Of a DNA stretch of 64,000 bases, positions 1 through 13,805 are shown in pieces. The notes under the pieces were generated by a model, which was not told where the DNA came from, searched no databases, and saw only the letters and a program-made list of their open reading frames with translations. Source of the DNA: Moniliella sp. 'wahieum'. Its lineage: Eukaryota. The stretch lies in contig RSEE01000028.1 of the NCBI GenBank assembly GCA_003971905.1, forward strand, positions 1-64,000, read 5' to 3'. The position numbers were made by a program, and so were the translations under genes. Position 1 is the stretch's first letter, and every line of letters begins with the position of its first letter.

Positions 1-23
1 AACCCAACCCTAACCCTAACCCT
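1..23. repeat. Telomeric repeat (CCCTAA)n, left chromosome end
   Basis: The sequence begins aacccaaccctaaccctaaccct, the C-rich strand of TTAGGG repeats, at the very first base of the window. Confidence 0.9.
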
Positions 24-2289
24 AGATCATCTCGACGATCGCGATGCGTTTAACCTGCTTGCTCCTTCCGAAGGCGGGCTTGCAGGGAGGCTCCTCGATC
101 GACGTTGCGTCTCCCCAGGGCCGATCCCGAGGGGGCCTGGCCACAGCTATTGATGATTTGGCGTGCGCGCACCGCCAGGTCAAAGCAGGCGTCCCAGGGT
201 GGACGGCGCGTCCGCCGCGTCCTGGGACGCGGCTGTGAGGTGGGCCACAGGCGGCTCTGCGCCCTCGTTGCACGGGTTACCGGTGCGGGACCGTCTGCTT
301 TGGTGCGGGGGGCTCTGCAACCGAATATTCGACATCTTCCCGTTCAATAAGGGCGGAGGATCTGGCGGCCCAGCTCCAGCAGATGGACGAGTAGCTCTGG
401 CGTGAAGTGAAGGCAATCCGGAGGGGCGGATCCGAGAGTGATACGGCTGGTCAGAAGGGACAAAGCTCTTTTTCCTTGCCAGCCCATATGGGTGCCTTAG
501 GCTTCGAGTGCCAACAGTGGTGGTATTCCGGTTGCTGTTATTCAAGGCACTGACAAGAGGGGTTGGATATGGTGTCTTCCATTGGGGCCTGCTGGTATCC
601 CTGATGCGACTGGGCTCATACCGCACCTGTCTCCCGCGGTGGTGCTGCGACCAAGATGGGGTTGGCGCGATCAAGGCACTCTGTGAGGCGGTGGGACATC
701 TCGTCGGTCCGCTTTTGGCTTCCTGTTTGCATGCGACACGCCTATGGCACCCCGGTTTCCTTTCGGCCATACGGCCGCCCGAAGGGCGAGACGTGCCAAT
801 GCAGTTTCCCTCTTTTCTTCTACTAATCCACTTCTTGTTCATCATGTGCGGAACCACCCAACCCTTGCTCCAGTGACATACTGACCAGCGCGCTAAACAG
901 GTACCAATACGTTAGGCGCAGGAGAATAGCCGATGGATTAAGAAAGTGATCCTCGCTATACTCGGAGGCATTTCCTCCGCCAGCGATCAAACATCCCTCC
1001 AGGCAATGACGCGCTCGAATGGTGGCGGGGCAGGTGGGGCAGGACCCGCTGTCGACGATGACCGGGGGCGTGGGTGATGAGAGCGACGGACAGGCGTGTT
1101 GCAACATATCGAGGACCATTATGAAGATGTACTAGATCGAATCTTGGTCGGCTTCTGCCGCGGCCTGGTGCCGATGAAGAAGGGATCGCTCATCTGCAGA
1201 TCGCCTCTTTCAAGCCCGACTAATGTGGCTCAGTCATTGTGTACGACCTGCTGGATGAGAACTGTGCTAGTGCTGACTGTCCCTCATGATGTGCTTGGTC
1301 GCGGTGCCCGCTTCTCTCCGGATTACCGACCTAGGATGGCCCCGGCGCGCGAATTTGGTTTTCATATCCTCTACGATGGCCCAAGTTGCTGACATTTCGC
1401 ATTGGGGCGGTGCTGGCGCACATACTGTAAGCCAGGCCGCCGGCGAACTGCAACCGGGCCGCCGAAGCGGCTGATCAGCGGTCCTGATACAAATCAAGTC
1501 AAGGCCCACCAACGCCATTCCAAAGGCAGCGGCCGCGAGCCCATGGCCAAACCAAGTCCATGCTGGACCGCCTCTGGGGGTGGTCTCGCCAAGGGCGTAA
1601 GAGGGGGGAGACTATGACCGTCTTTGGCTCACGCAGTGCCTCACAATACCTATCTTCCAACTCCAGTCAAGTACACTCGTCCACCCTCATCTGCCTTCCC
1701 CTCTGCTGGACCCTCCATTACCCCCTTTCCCCAAATCAGGTTGAGCCGGTGGGGGGTCCAATGACACTTGGGGCACGCCTGGGAGTCTACAGCTCATCCC
1801 AACTGCAACACGCATCACACCTCCCTCATCCTGTACCGCGTTGCCTCCAGTACATTTCCTGCTACCCTGTTCTGACCACGACAGGTGAACAAGCTTATGT
1901 AAGGTACTGCATACGGATTTCCCCAGGCCCAAAACCGAATGGAGAAGATTCGAATCGTGCCGTCTACGGTGGCAGGTGTGCGTTGGCAGAAGTGGGAAAC
2001 GTGGGAAGGACCCAATACCTCTTCGACAAAACACCAAGCCAAACAAGGCCGAAACAAGGAACGCAACAAGGATCATGAGCCGTTGGAGTCGGGGCTTATT
2101 AGGGCATGTTGCCCGTTGACGGCAAAGGACGAGCGCACACGAGTCCTTTGGTGGGTGGTCGAAGGTGACCCGTGGCGGTGGGTAAGAGAACAAGGAAAGA
2201 GGGGAGGCGGTACGTTGGTGAAATGTCCTCCGCAGGGTTGGTGACTGGCGTGCCCGTCTCATTTTCGTTCTACCCCGGTCAACCTTCCA

Positions 2290-2531
2290 TTTGTACCACC
2301 ATCGGCTCGGAACGACCACCGGTCCGCTCATCACCATCTCCGCCTCTCGATGGCGACTACCCCATTCACTTTCAGCTGTTATGCACATCCTCATTGCCCC
2401 TGCCAGTTGACATGACTGTCAACAAGTCCCAGGGCCAAAGCTTGCGATATGTCGGTATCCCGCCTCTTAGTATTCCTGCGCATGCCCAACAGCTCTATGT
2501 CGCCCTTCCCCGCATCCACTCCTGCCAATAG
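2290..2531 (+). mobile_element. Degenerate Pif1-family (Helitron-type) helicase C-terminal fragment
   Basis: ORF 2172..2531 ends ...DYPIHFQ...MTVNKSQGQSLRYVGI...HAQQLYVALPR, matching the Pif1/Helitron motif AMTINKSQGQSLxxVGI...HGQLYVALSR. Upstream helicase motifs are not intact. Confidence 0.75.
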
Positions 2532-3241
2532 CTCAGAGTCACCCTCCCACCTGCTTGGACCATCCAACAACAATGCCTGTCAGCCGGCCATCGCATACGT
2601 CGGGGAAGGTTGCTGATGAAGCAGCAGTCAGAGACATCGTGTCACTGCCCGAGGACGATGGCGAGTGCCCTTTGATGTGGGAAAAAAATATGGGCAATCT
2701 GAGCAGTCAGGACATCCGTAACGCGTTGCAGGAGACTTGAAAAGTGTGACGATGTGGTTAGCACAGTTCCGGAAGCATGGAGCGTGAGTCTAGCAATGTT
2801 TTTGATGCAGAAGGAAAGGGCGAAGGAGACGGAGAAGAAGGAGGGACGAGATCAGTGGTGTCAGGGTACTACTAGGATGCAAGAGTGGAACGCAAAGCGG
2901 TTAGTAAGAATGGTCCTCTTCGATGATTCGAGTAATCATCTCCCACTCTTCTTGCGTCCCCATCTCCTTCGCAAATAACAATGCGTCTCTCGCTGCAGGT
3001 TTCTCGACATAGTAGCGATGACATTTTAAACCTCAACTGAACCGATAATCTATCTCAGTGTTTCCAAGGAAGAAGCCGACCGAACGGGTCTGATATGGCT
3101 GGTTGCGGCTGGCTTCTTCATCTTCGCTTTTTCTTCTCGCAGCTTGAATTAACATGGTAGTATCATCTTTCCCCCATCTCTTTATCTCCTGGTTATTAGC
3201 CTCTCAACCACACGGGCGCGGTATGCCGCTAATTCCTCAGC

Positions 3242-5388
<2,147 letters not shown>

Positions 5389-6566
5389 GGTGCGAAAACC
5401 GTTGTGTGTGTTGCGGATGGAGGAGGTTGTAAGGGGGACGATGAGGGTGAAGAGAACAGGGGAGGGGCGGTCCGAAGGCGTATATAATAGGGGAGTCACT
5501 ATAGTCAGGAGCTTATGCTGTGCGGCGAGAGGGCACGCACACGCCACAAACGATAAACGCTCTTCGCAGCGGAGACCAATTCTCGTGCTAGTAGGCAATA
5601 ATCTATCCCTGGTCGCACCCGACCACGGCGGCTGCCGGGGCTGCCGGTGTGGTGGGTGGATGCCAGCTCGTTTGATAACAGCCGCCGGCATCAGAGGAGG
5701 GGAACTCTACAGCCATTCTGCGATCTTCGGTAGCTGTGGATCAAAATGCATGATGCGCATGCGTGACCCAGGGGCATTGGGCGCTCGGCGCAGCCAATCA
5801 AGATGGAGACGAGTGAATCATGCGGACGCCGTGGCGCGCCTGCGCTGCAAGACAACAGGGCCGCCGGCGCCGGTGGTGTACCATGTATCAGGACCGTGAT
5901 ACAGCCGTCCATAGAGCAAACATCGCCGGTATCACTATCACTGCCCCCTTGGTAGCAAAACACCAAAAGGGCGGCAGTGGCGTAAGGAGACCAGTTTGAT
6001 GGCGCTGTCGGGCGCTTTGGCGCGATATGTTGCTATCAGCGCATCTCCCCCATACTGCGTACTGGCTCACTCGGTCTAGTTGCTCAGCTGGACTGTACAA
6101 GTAGTAGGCGCCATCCCCCTAACATTAGCCCGAATTGAGTCGCAGCCATGTCAGCGAATTCCCGAGACCAGAATGGGTAGGGAACCCTGGTACCTACAGC
6201 CCACCGCCACAGCCCGCCGTGACGTTCCAGCCCGGCGAAGCGCCCACACACATGCCTCTACATGTTGACGCACAAAGCCTAACTCATCTGGCAAAGGTCG
6301 TGCCTGGTCCTCCCTTTCTGGCCTCCCAACGATTGTAAGTGAAGCGGCCGGTACCTGGTCCGCTTCCAGCGTGGGATGCATAAAACACATGTAGTGCAGT
6401 GGCAGAACCTGCCCGACAGGGGTCCCATAGAGGCGGGTGACACAGGCATCGGCGAGGGCCCAGTAGAACCCACGTTTGCCTGGTACCCCTGACTTTTGGA
6501 GCATTGCGTGCGCAATGAAACGCCCAAAGCGAGATGCGACGGGAGAAGATTGAAGGAACAGATGAT

Positions 6567-7062
6567 TTACTTTTCTTGTTGTCCGACGCCTTGTTCTTGG
6601 CGGTACCAAAGAACTTCTTGGCGCGGTTCTTGCGCTCCTTGCGCAGCTTGCGACCAGCGCCCTCGACCTTCTCGGCCAGGCCCGAGCGGACAAGACGGAA
6701 CTTGGGCTCGAACTTCTTCTGGGCCTCGGCCGAGTCGTAAATCAGAGCAAAGCCCGTGGTGCGTCCACCACCAAAGTGGGTGCGCAGGCCAAAAGTGACA
6801 ACCTGCTCGGCGGGCGCCTTGTAGAGCGCACCGAGCTTCTCAGAAAGCTCAGCACGGCTCACGTTAGGACGCGCGGGGTGGATGACCTCCAGCACGCACT
6901 GCCGCCGCTGGAGAAGAGCGTTGCGCATAAACTTACGCGTGCGCAGCGTCACGGGCGAGTTCGGGTCCTGCAATCGTTCGAGTTAGCACCCCGTCGTTCA
7001 TCATGCGGATGGGTCCCAGCGCTGCCAGGGTCGCGCGGAGGGGCAGAGGCGTAGCACTCCAT
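6567..7062 (-). CDS. RPS24: 40S ribosomal protein S24 (eS24)
   Basis: [41 protein letters not shown]...[21 protein letters not shown]...[14 protein letters not shown] short first exon starts at ATG 7062 and the intron ends gctaac...tgcag at 6968. The true stop is probably the TAA at 6569-6567, obscured by an extra A. Confidence 0.96.
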
Positions 7063-7461
7063 GTTGGGCTTGGTGAGGAGTCGTCGGCACGAACCACCGT
7101 ACGCGTGGCCGCAGCGGGAGATTCCAGCAGACCAGCAACCGCCAACAGTAGGGTTGGGCCGCAATGTACTGCCGCAGCATTTGCAACCCTAGTTGTCCAT
7201 CGGGCTCGACGCATCATGCAATTACTGATGGGGGGGGTCCATATCGGGGATGTCACACGTGATGTGATGTGCCTTGCCGCCTGTTGTCACATGTCACACT
7301 CCCCAGGCGCAGTTGAAATTGGGAGGGCGGTGTGCTGCAATTTCAGATAGAAGCTGACGCGCGGACCAACGAGGGTTCCCGGTTCCCGCACTCGGTACGC
7401 CCCGAGTCGGAGGGCTCGTCGCGGGTTTGGTTGCGTGGTTGCGTTCAGCCATTCATCCACC

Positions 7462-7909
7462 ATGTCGAGCTCGCTCGCTGCCCCACAACTTCCGAGGGGC
7501 AAGTCCGGCAGCGCATCGCTGCCTCTTCCCCGCAACCCCCGACTGCGTTATCTGCAGAGCAGAATGCATCCTCCTCCGCCCCCCATCGACCTTGGCGTCG
7601 GCGCCCCTTGCCGCTGCTCGGTGCCGCCGACGGGCAGGACAGACGGCTCGGTGTGGCGCACCTTCTCCCTTTTCGTTCGCCATGTTTTCCTTGCCCATTG
7701 CGGTGCTCTATGGCTCAAAGGACACTCTGTTTGGCGGCAACATTAACTATGCGGGCGGGTTGGCGGCCGTAGTGGCGAACATGGTGTTGGTGGCGTACGT
7801 GGTGGTGTGCTTCTATGACGACGATGGTGCTACTCGGGCTGCGCCTGCGCCTGCGCCTGCGTCGGTCGCCACACCCACACCGCCCAAAGATCAAGGCAAG
7901 GACCAATGA
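7462..7909 (+). CDS. VMA21: V-ATPase assembly factor Vma21-like small ER membrane protein
   Basis: FSFAMFSLPIAVLYGSK...YAGGLAAVVANMVLVAYVVVCFYDD: two hydrophobic segments with the Vma21 AAxxANxVLxxYV motif. The N-terminal exon structure is uncertain. Confidence 0.8.
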
Positions 7910-9257
7910 CTCAAAATGTGACGGGAGGTTGTTCAGTTGCCTGAGAGCGCCGAGCTGTCCAGCATCCCTCTCCCCCAGCCAGCTGCCACCGCCGTGACGC
8001 AGACAGCCTGCAAACTGGCTGTACTTTCTCAACAATCCAACCACCAACGGGTAGATGCCCAGCAAGGCCGGTGATGAAGTCCCCAGCTCACTTGTGGCTG
8101 AGATGAGCAGGGGGAGCCTTAGCATTACCAACGATTCCCGTTCCCGCGGTTGGATTGAGCAAGTATATAGGTAAGAATTTTTCCAAGACGCAGTAGGCGG
8201 ATGCTGGTCAGACCGTGGGCACGTACTTGGCGTACCACACGGTGGGTGGTTGTATACGCGATGGGGTGTGCTGCGTGTCAGCGTCCCGGCCAGCTCACTG
8301 CGACCAATTCACAGCGGGCGAGGGACCTTTGGTTGGTTGCAGGTCAAACTCGGGGGACGTGGTGGAGCAGCTTAATACTCGCCCCTTAAACCCCCCTTAT
8401 CCTCCCTCCCACACATATGCCTTAGCCTGTACATGTTCTGTCACCGCAGCGAGGCAGTAACCATCAGTTGCCTGCAAATGAGTCGGAACTACCGAAAGAG
8501 CGAGGCAGCTGATCCCAGAAGGTATGCAGAGGGATGGACGGGAAACCAAGTGGTATGGTGGTGGGGACCGTGGAGCGATGCCCGAAAGGGAATCGAGCCG
8601 CCGACAGGGAGCCAAAACGAGGACGCAGGGGCAGGGACAGGTGGAGAGGGCGTTGGAATCCAGCATGCAGATGGGGCCGGGCTCATCGCTCAGCTCATCA
8701 TCCCCAGCCCCCAATGTCTGAGACGGCCTGAGGCCCGAGGGGCTGTCCACGGATCCTCCCAGTGTTGGCGCTTCCGCCCATTCAACCGAATCACGAGACA
8801 ATATTTGGCCCGTCCTGCTTCCGCAGAGCTGGACCCCACTTTGGTTTTTGAGGGGGGACCCATTCCAAACCTGCGAGTCAGACGGCGAGGCAGGTTTACG
8901 CTTAACGTCGTGTAACCCCCGTACCGCTATCAGGTTTACTAAGGCTTTTATAACTGTACGGCCGGTAACACGTATCATCAAGTGAAGAGCGATCGCCAGC
9001 ACCGCCTGCCTGTCCTGGCACCGTCCACCACACGCGCACCAGGCCAATCTCGAGTTCATGTGCAGCGCGCCTGCCCCCATTACTAGTCATACATTGTTGC
9101 CATCTGCGTGACGTGTGCTGCATGGCTCGCTTCATGCCAGAGGGGAGCTGAATCCATTACGAAACTCAGGAGCTCGCAGCCGAGAGCCCAGCCCGTTCGG
9201 GCTAGCATTTTCCTGGTTGCATGCCTCGGACGCATTCGTCTTTCGTGTACCACAGAC

Positions 9258-9299
9258 GATGCAGATGTAGATGTAGATGCAGATACAGATACAGATGCA
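9258..9299. repeat. Degenerate hexamer microsatellite (GATRYA)n
   Basis: gatgca gatgta gatgta gatgca gataca gataca gatgca. Confidence 0.8.
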
Positions 9300-9458
9300 C
9301 AAGTGCAAAGTGCAAGTCCCTCAATCCCCAACCCTGGACTTGTCGCGTCGTCTCGTAGGACAGCAAGGCCACCTCACCTCCACGTCCGTCCTCGCTGTCT
9401 GGACGGGCAGACCGCAGGGGACAGGTGGCGCGTGTAACCACCTCTGCCCATGGGTCGC

Positions 9459-11126
9459 TTAGGACCTTGGTAGCCGTCTCCAGCTACGCTGCGTCGCCCG
9501 CTGCGTACCCGCCACGTCGTCCGCCACGTCGTCCGCCACGTCCATCCAGACCCGGATGCTGGGATCATGTTCCATGCTGCCCGAGGCGATGATAGGGAGG
9601 GTAGGGTGTACCTGGCAGAACGACGAGGTCAGTAATGCTGCATATCCGCAATCCCCGCCGCCGCGCTGCTGCCTGCTTCCAGGGGCCCAGACTCACCGCG
9701 AGTGCCAGAATGACGTCCGTATGCCCAAAGAGCGTCTGTACCACTCTTTGCTCTGCACATCCCAGATCCATACTTTTTGGTCCTCAGCCCCGCAGACGAC
9801 CTGAATCTCAGGCAGTGATGCGCGCTCTCCGCCGCTGGGCCAGCGGGGCGGGGTGAAAACGCTTTGGTGGGGTACCGTTCGTTCATGTGACCAGTGTAGG
9901 TCTTGACGATCTTGCCATTGATCACGTCCCAGAGGCGGACCGAGTTGTCCAATGTGCTCGCCAGCAGAAAGGAGGAGGAAGGAGCAAATTTGACGGACGC
10001 AACGGGTGTGGCAACGGTGGCCATCATTGGACCCGTCTGGGGCACAAGCGTCTTGAGACACTGCCCCGTCAGCACGTTCCACAGCCGCCTGAAGGGGTGC
10101 AGGTCAGCAGTCAGCGTTCAGTCCAGGGCAACCGCAGACCCCCCAAGCAGAAAAAAGAGTAACGTACACCAGCCCGTCGTAGCTCCCAGTTGCGGCCATT
10201 GCGCCGTCGGCACTAAAATCCACCGAGGTCACGGCCTCAGTGTGGGCATTAATCACCTTGAGACATTCGCCTGCACAGGATACCGCGTCAGATCAGAATC
10301 GCACCTTTAGGGGGGGGGGGAGAGAACCTACCTCGTCGCAAATCCCACAGCCGCAGTGTTTCATCGTACCCCCCGCTGGCCACCAGCGTTCCTTGCGGGT
10401 TAAATGCCACGCACAAGATCCAGCTCTTGTGGCCTTCCAGCGTGCGCGCCAACTCGCCCTGCAGGAGAAGGAACAAGGTCAAAAGATGGCCTAAGGTTAA
10501 ACGTGGGGGGAGGGAGGTCACATACTGTCCGAGCATTCCACACCTTGACCATTTTGTCGTCGGAGGCAGAGGCGACATAGGTCGAGTCGGGACTCCATGC
10601 CACGTCGGAGATGCCTTGCGTATGGCCGCGGAGCGAGAAGAGCAGGCTGCCGGTTGGCAGCGACCAGACCTGCACGACGCGGTCTGAGCCAGCGGACGCC
10701 AGACGCGTGCCGTGGGGAGAAAGCTAGGGCGGACACAGAGCGCGAGTGGCCATGGAGAGAGACGACTTGCTGGTAGCTGGGGCTGGGATGTGAGGCAGTG
10801 AGAGGAGCTGGGGTGGTGGAACTGAGCGCTTTTGCGGCTGGTGCTGGGTCAGGCTGCTGAGGCTGGGACTCCAGACGCCGGCGCTTGCTACTGGGCGCAT
10901 CCTCTTCCTCCTTGATGGGGTCCGAGCCGAGACACTTTTGTTCCTCCGAGTCGGGGCGAAGTACGAGCATGGCGGCAGAATGTGGAGCTGCGTCGGGAGC
11001 ATCTGCCTGCTGTGGGGGTGGGAGGGGGGGTTCGGGCGAAGGGCGGGCGGAGGGCGAGAGTGGAGGGGCGGCGGTGGAGAGCGTGCGGTGAGTGGAGGAC
11101 CCAGCACCGGCGTCGGGCGTGGCCAT
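9459..11126 (-). CDS. SWD3: WD40-repeat protein, WDR5/Swd3 (COMPASS)-like
   Basis: Successive WD repeats: LHGHSRSVSALAFSP, LRGHTQGISDVAWSPDSTYVASASDDK, LEGHKSWILCVAFNPQG, AHTEAVTSVDFSADG, GQCLKTL...VKFAP...LASTLDNSVRLWD...KTYTGH, QTLFGHTDVILA...HPTLPIIASGSME. Several short introns. Confidence 0.85.
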
Positions 11127-11427
11127 GGTGGGGGCGGTGGTGGCGACGGGCACGAGGGAGGGAGACGCGGCGGCGGGAGCGTGGGGGCTGCTGTGGAACG
11201 CGTCGCGCAGCGTCGGGCGAGGGACTCTAGCATCGGATCAGTGACCTGGACCTGCGCCAGTTGGCTGGCAGCGGAACAAACAGCGGCCGTTTCAAACGTT
11301 CATCCAGTGGGCCGTCCATCGTCGCGGGTCGGTCCTCGGCGCCGGTGCGCGTGCGCTCCCTCTAACCCTGCTCCGCTCGGGTGGCAGCCACGCTCCGCCG
11401 CCTCCGCCGCTCTGCCCTGCGCCGTCG

Positions 11428-13058
11428 ATGCCGGCCCTGCGCTCCTTCCTGGCCGCGGCCTGGGTCCTGGGCTTGGGCCTGGTCGCCCGCCGCGTAAACG
11501 AGGAGGTGTCGGCGCCGTACATGGACGAGCTCTTCCATGCGCCCCAGGCAGCCGCCTACTGCCGCGGCGAGTGGCGCCGGTGGGACCCCAAGCTCACCAC
11601 CCCGCCCGGCCTCTACCTCCTCTCTGTCCTGGGCGCCATCCCCACCGCCTCCTCTCCACACTGCCGTCCTTTTGCACGTCGCTGCCTTCCTCCGCCTCGT
11701 GCCCCTTCTGTCCCTCTTGGCGCTGCCGTGGCTCCTCGCCGCACTGCGCTTCATGTTGGGCCCCCCCGGCGGGGCCTACACCACTGCACTGCTCGAAGGC
11801 TATGCCATCTCATCTCTCTCCCCGCTCTGGATGCTGGGCTTTCTGTACTACACTGATGTACCTAGTCTGGTCTCGTTCCTGCTGCTACCTGTTGGCCACA
11901 AAACGGCACTACGCTTTGTCCTCCGTGGTACGTATTTTTCGCCTGATTCCCGGCAGCTCTCCCTCTGACTGCGACTGCCTGCGGTGTTGATACCGGTGCG
12001 CCTTGTAACGTCCAGATGGGCGTGGTATCGCTTTTCTTCGCCAGACAAACATCATCTGGGTCGCCTTTGTGGCCTGGACCGTGCTCCTGACCGACCTGGA
12101 AGAGGGAGGGATGTACCTGCCTCCATTGTCCAGGCAAGCGCCTGGCCTATTGCGTCCCTTGACCATGATGGCTCATAGCCTAACGCGTCTTTCGTGGCCT
12201 GCCTGGCGGCGGGCTGCAACCCACCTAGCCCTCTACCTCCCTTCTCCCATCCTCTTTGCCGCGTTTTTGTATTGGAACGGCGGTATTGTTCTCGGGGACA
12301 AGAGCAACCACCAAGCTGGGCTTCACTTCATGCAGCTCCCGTACCTTGCGCTCTTCACTTCCCTCTTTGCGTGGCCGTACCTGTTCGCCTTCGCGGGAGG
12401 CACTGTGCGCGGACTTGTGTACCGCACCAGTCGTGACGTACTCGGGCGACCCGCGGCGCGGTGGGGTGGGTTTTCGTGCTGTGCCTTGGGGTTGGTGGCG
12501 CGGTCCGATGGGGCACGCTGTTCCATTTTTCCTGGCTGACAACCGCCACTATCCCTTCTACTTTCGTCGCCGTCTGCTGGCGCGGCCGGTGACGCGATAC
12601 GCGCTGGTACCGCTGTATGCATTGAGTGTGCGCTTGTGGGCGGCGCCCTGGCCCAGTCTCGCAGCCTGCTCTGGCTCGTTGGTCTACTCGGTCCTCGGCC
12701 TGGTGCTCGTCCGTCGCCACTGCTGGAGCCACGGTACTTTGTGGTGCCGTACATTATCATGCGTCTCAACCTGCCTGTACCTGGTGTGCCAGCTACGGTG
12801 GACGTGGCCAGCAAGGCGGGCGAGACGAACAAGACGGACAAGACTGGCGATGCGGGACGATACGAACGGGCCGCCAGCCCCCCTATCGGATCGACAGATT
12901 CGCAGTGTACCAATGTACGCGACGGGTCGCTCCTGCGCCGCTGGGCAACTGTCGAGCTAGGGTGGGCCATGGCTCTCAACCTTGTCACCATGTCCTTTCT
13001 CTACCGACCGTTTTCGTGGCCGCAGGAGCCGGGGCAAGCCCAGCGGTTCATGTGGTGA
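11428..13058 (+). CDS. ALG10: Dol-P-Glc alpha-1,2-glucosyltransferase Alg10/Die2
   Basis: PYMDELFHAPQAAAYCRG..WDPKLTTPPGLY; FLYYTDV; FLYWNGGIVLGDKSNH; FFLADNRHYPFY; LLEPRYFVVPY; C-terminal RFMW. Frameshifted. Confidence 0.95.
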
Positions 13059-13381
13059 CCACCGTGTCCCACTTCGTCACGCTTGCCCGTTGCGGGATGC
13101 GTAGAGGGACGGACGAACGAGCGCCAGGCAAAAAGGTCTCCACCTATTAGAAGGATACGCCAACCCAACCCCGCCTGCCCAGTTTACCCTTGATCCCAGC
13201 GGCTCCACCCCCTGGATCCCATACTGCACTGCACTGCACTACACTTTCCTACAACGCCGGACTAGCTCGCACTTTCCATGGCCACGCCCCGCTCCATACC
13301 AAAGCATACTCATAACTCAACTGGTGGTGGTACGCATGCATGCTATCGGCCTTGACGGCCCCCACAGACACCACTTCATTT

Positions 13382-13719
13382 TTAGATCGTGGGGTCTTCC
13401 ACGGGCTTGGGGCCCTGGCCACCGGGACCGCCGGTGTGGTCGTAGTCTGGCCAAGCAGGGGCGCCAAAGGGAGACAAGTCAGAGTCTAGGGAAAGCCGAG
13501 AACAACAGATGAAAGCAAGGCGGAAAGGGGGGTTGTTCGTACCAGCTGGGTTTTTGCTCGTGGTGCCCGATGGAGCGAGGTGCTTGGGATTTGAGGTTTG
13601 CCCTCTGCCTTGAGCTGCTGGTTGAGTTGCAGGCGCTCCTGCTCTGCCTCGGCGGCTTGCTGCGGCGTTTGGCCGGCCTTGGCGCCCGGAAGGGATTCGT
13701 TGAACGTGGCCTGGACCAT
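13382..13719 (-). CDS. Small hydrophilic hypothetical protein (about 90-95 aa, two exons)
   Basis: ATG 13719 MVQATFNESLPGAKAGQTPQQAAEAEQERLQLNQQLKAEGKPQI, then a gtacga...ccctag intron (about 13542-13487), then SDLSPFGAPAWPDYDHTGGPGGQGPKPVEDPTI*. TATA box about 80 bp upstream. One frameshift is required. Confidence 0.6.
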
Positions 13720-13796
13720 GATTAGGGTAGGGAGCACAATCGATAGCGGAGACCGGGATGGGGTGGACGTGCGAGAGAGAGGGGAGGAGGAGGGCG

Positions 13797-13805
13797 ATAT
13801 ATATA
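13797..13805 (-). promoter_or_regulatory. TATA box upstream of the small gene at 13719
   Basis: An atatatata run in otherwise GC-rich DNA, followed on the minus strand by a pyrimidine-rich 5' leader. Confidence 0.55.

Noticed and set aside
780..830. RRKEGNCIG resembling a retrotransposon Gag zinc knuckle
   Set aside because: The remaining Cys/His ligands are absent, so it is too weak to call.
7499..7636. Possible GC-AG intron in VMA21 (GCAAGT donor)
   Set aside because: The frame is open without splicing and the acceptor is ambiguous; it cannot be resolved given the indel noise.
11362..11369. CTAACCCT as a possible telomerase RNA template or interstitial telomere
   Set aside because: A single short match in the WDR5/ALG10 divergent promoter; it lacks a 1.5-repeat template and any supporting structure.
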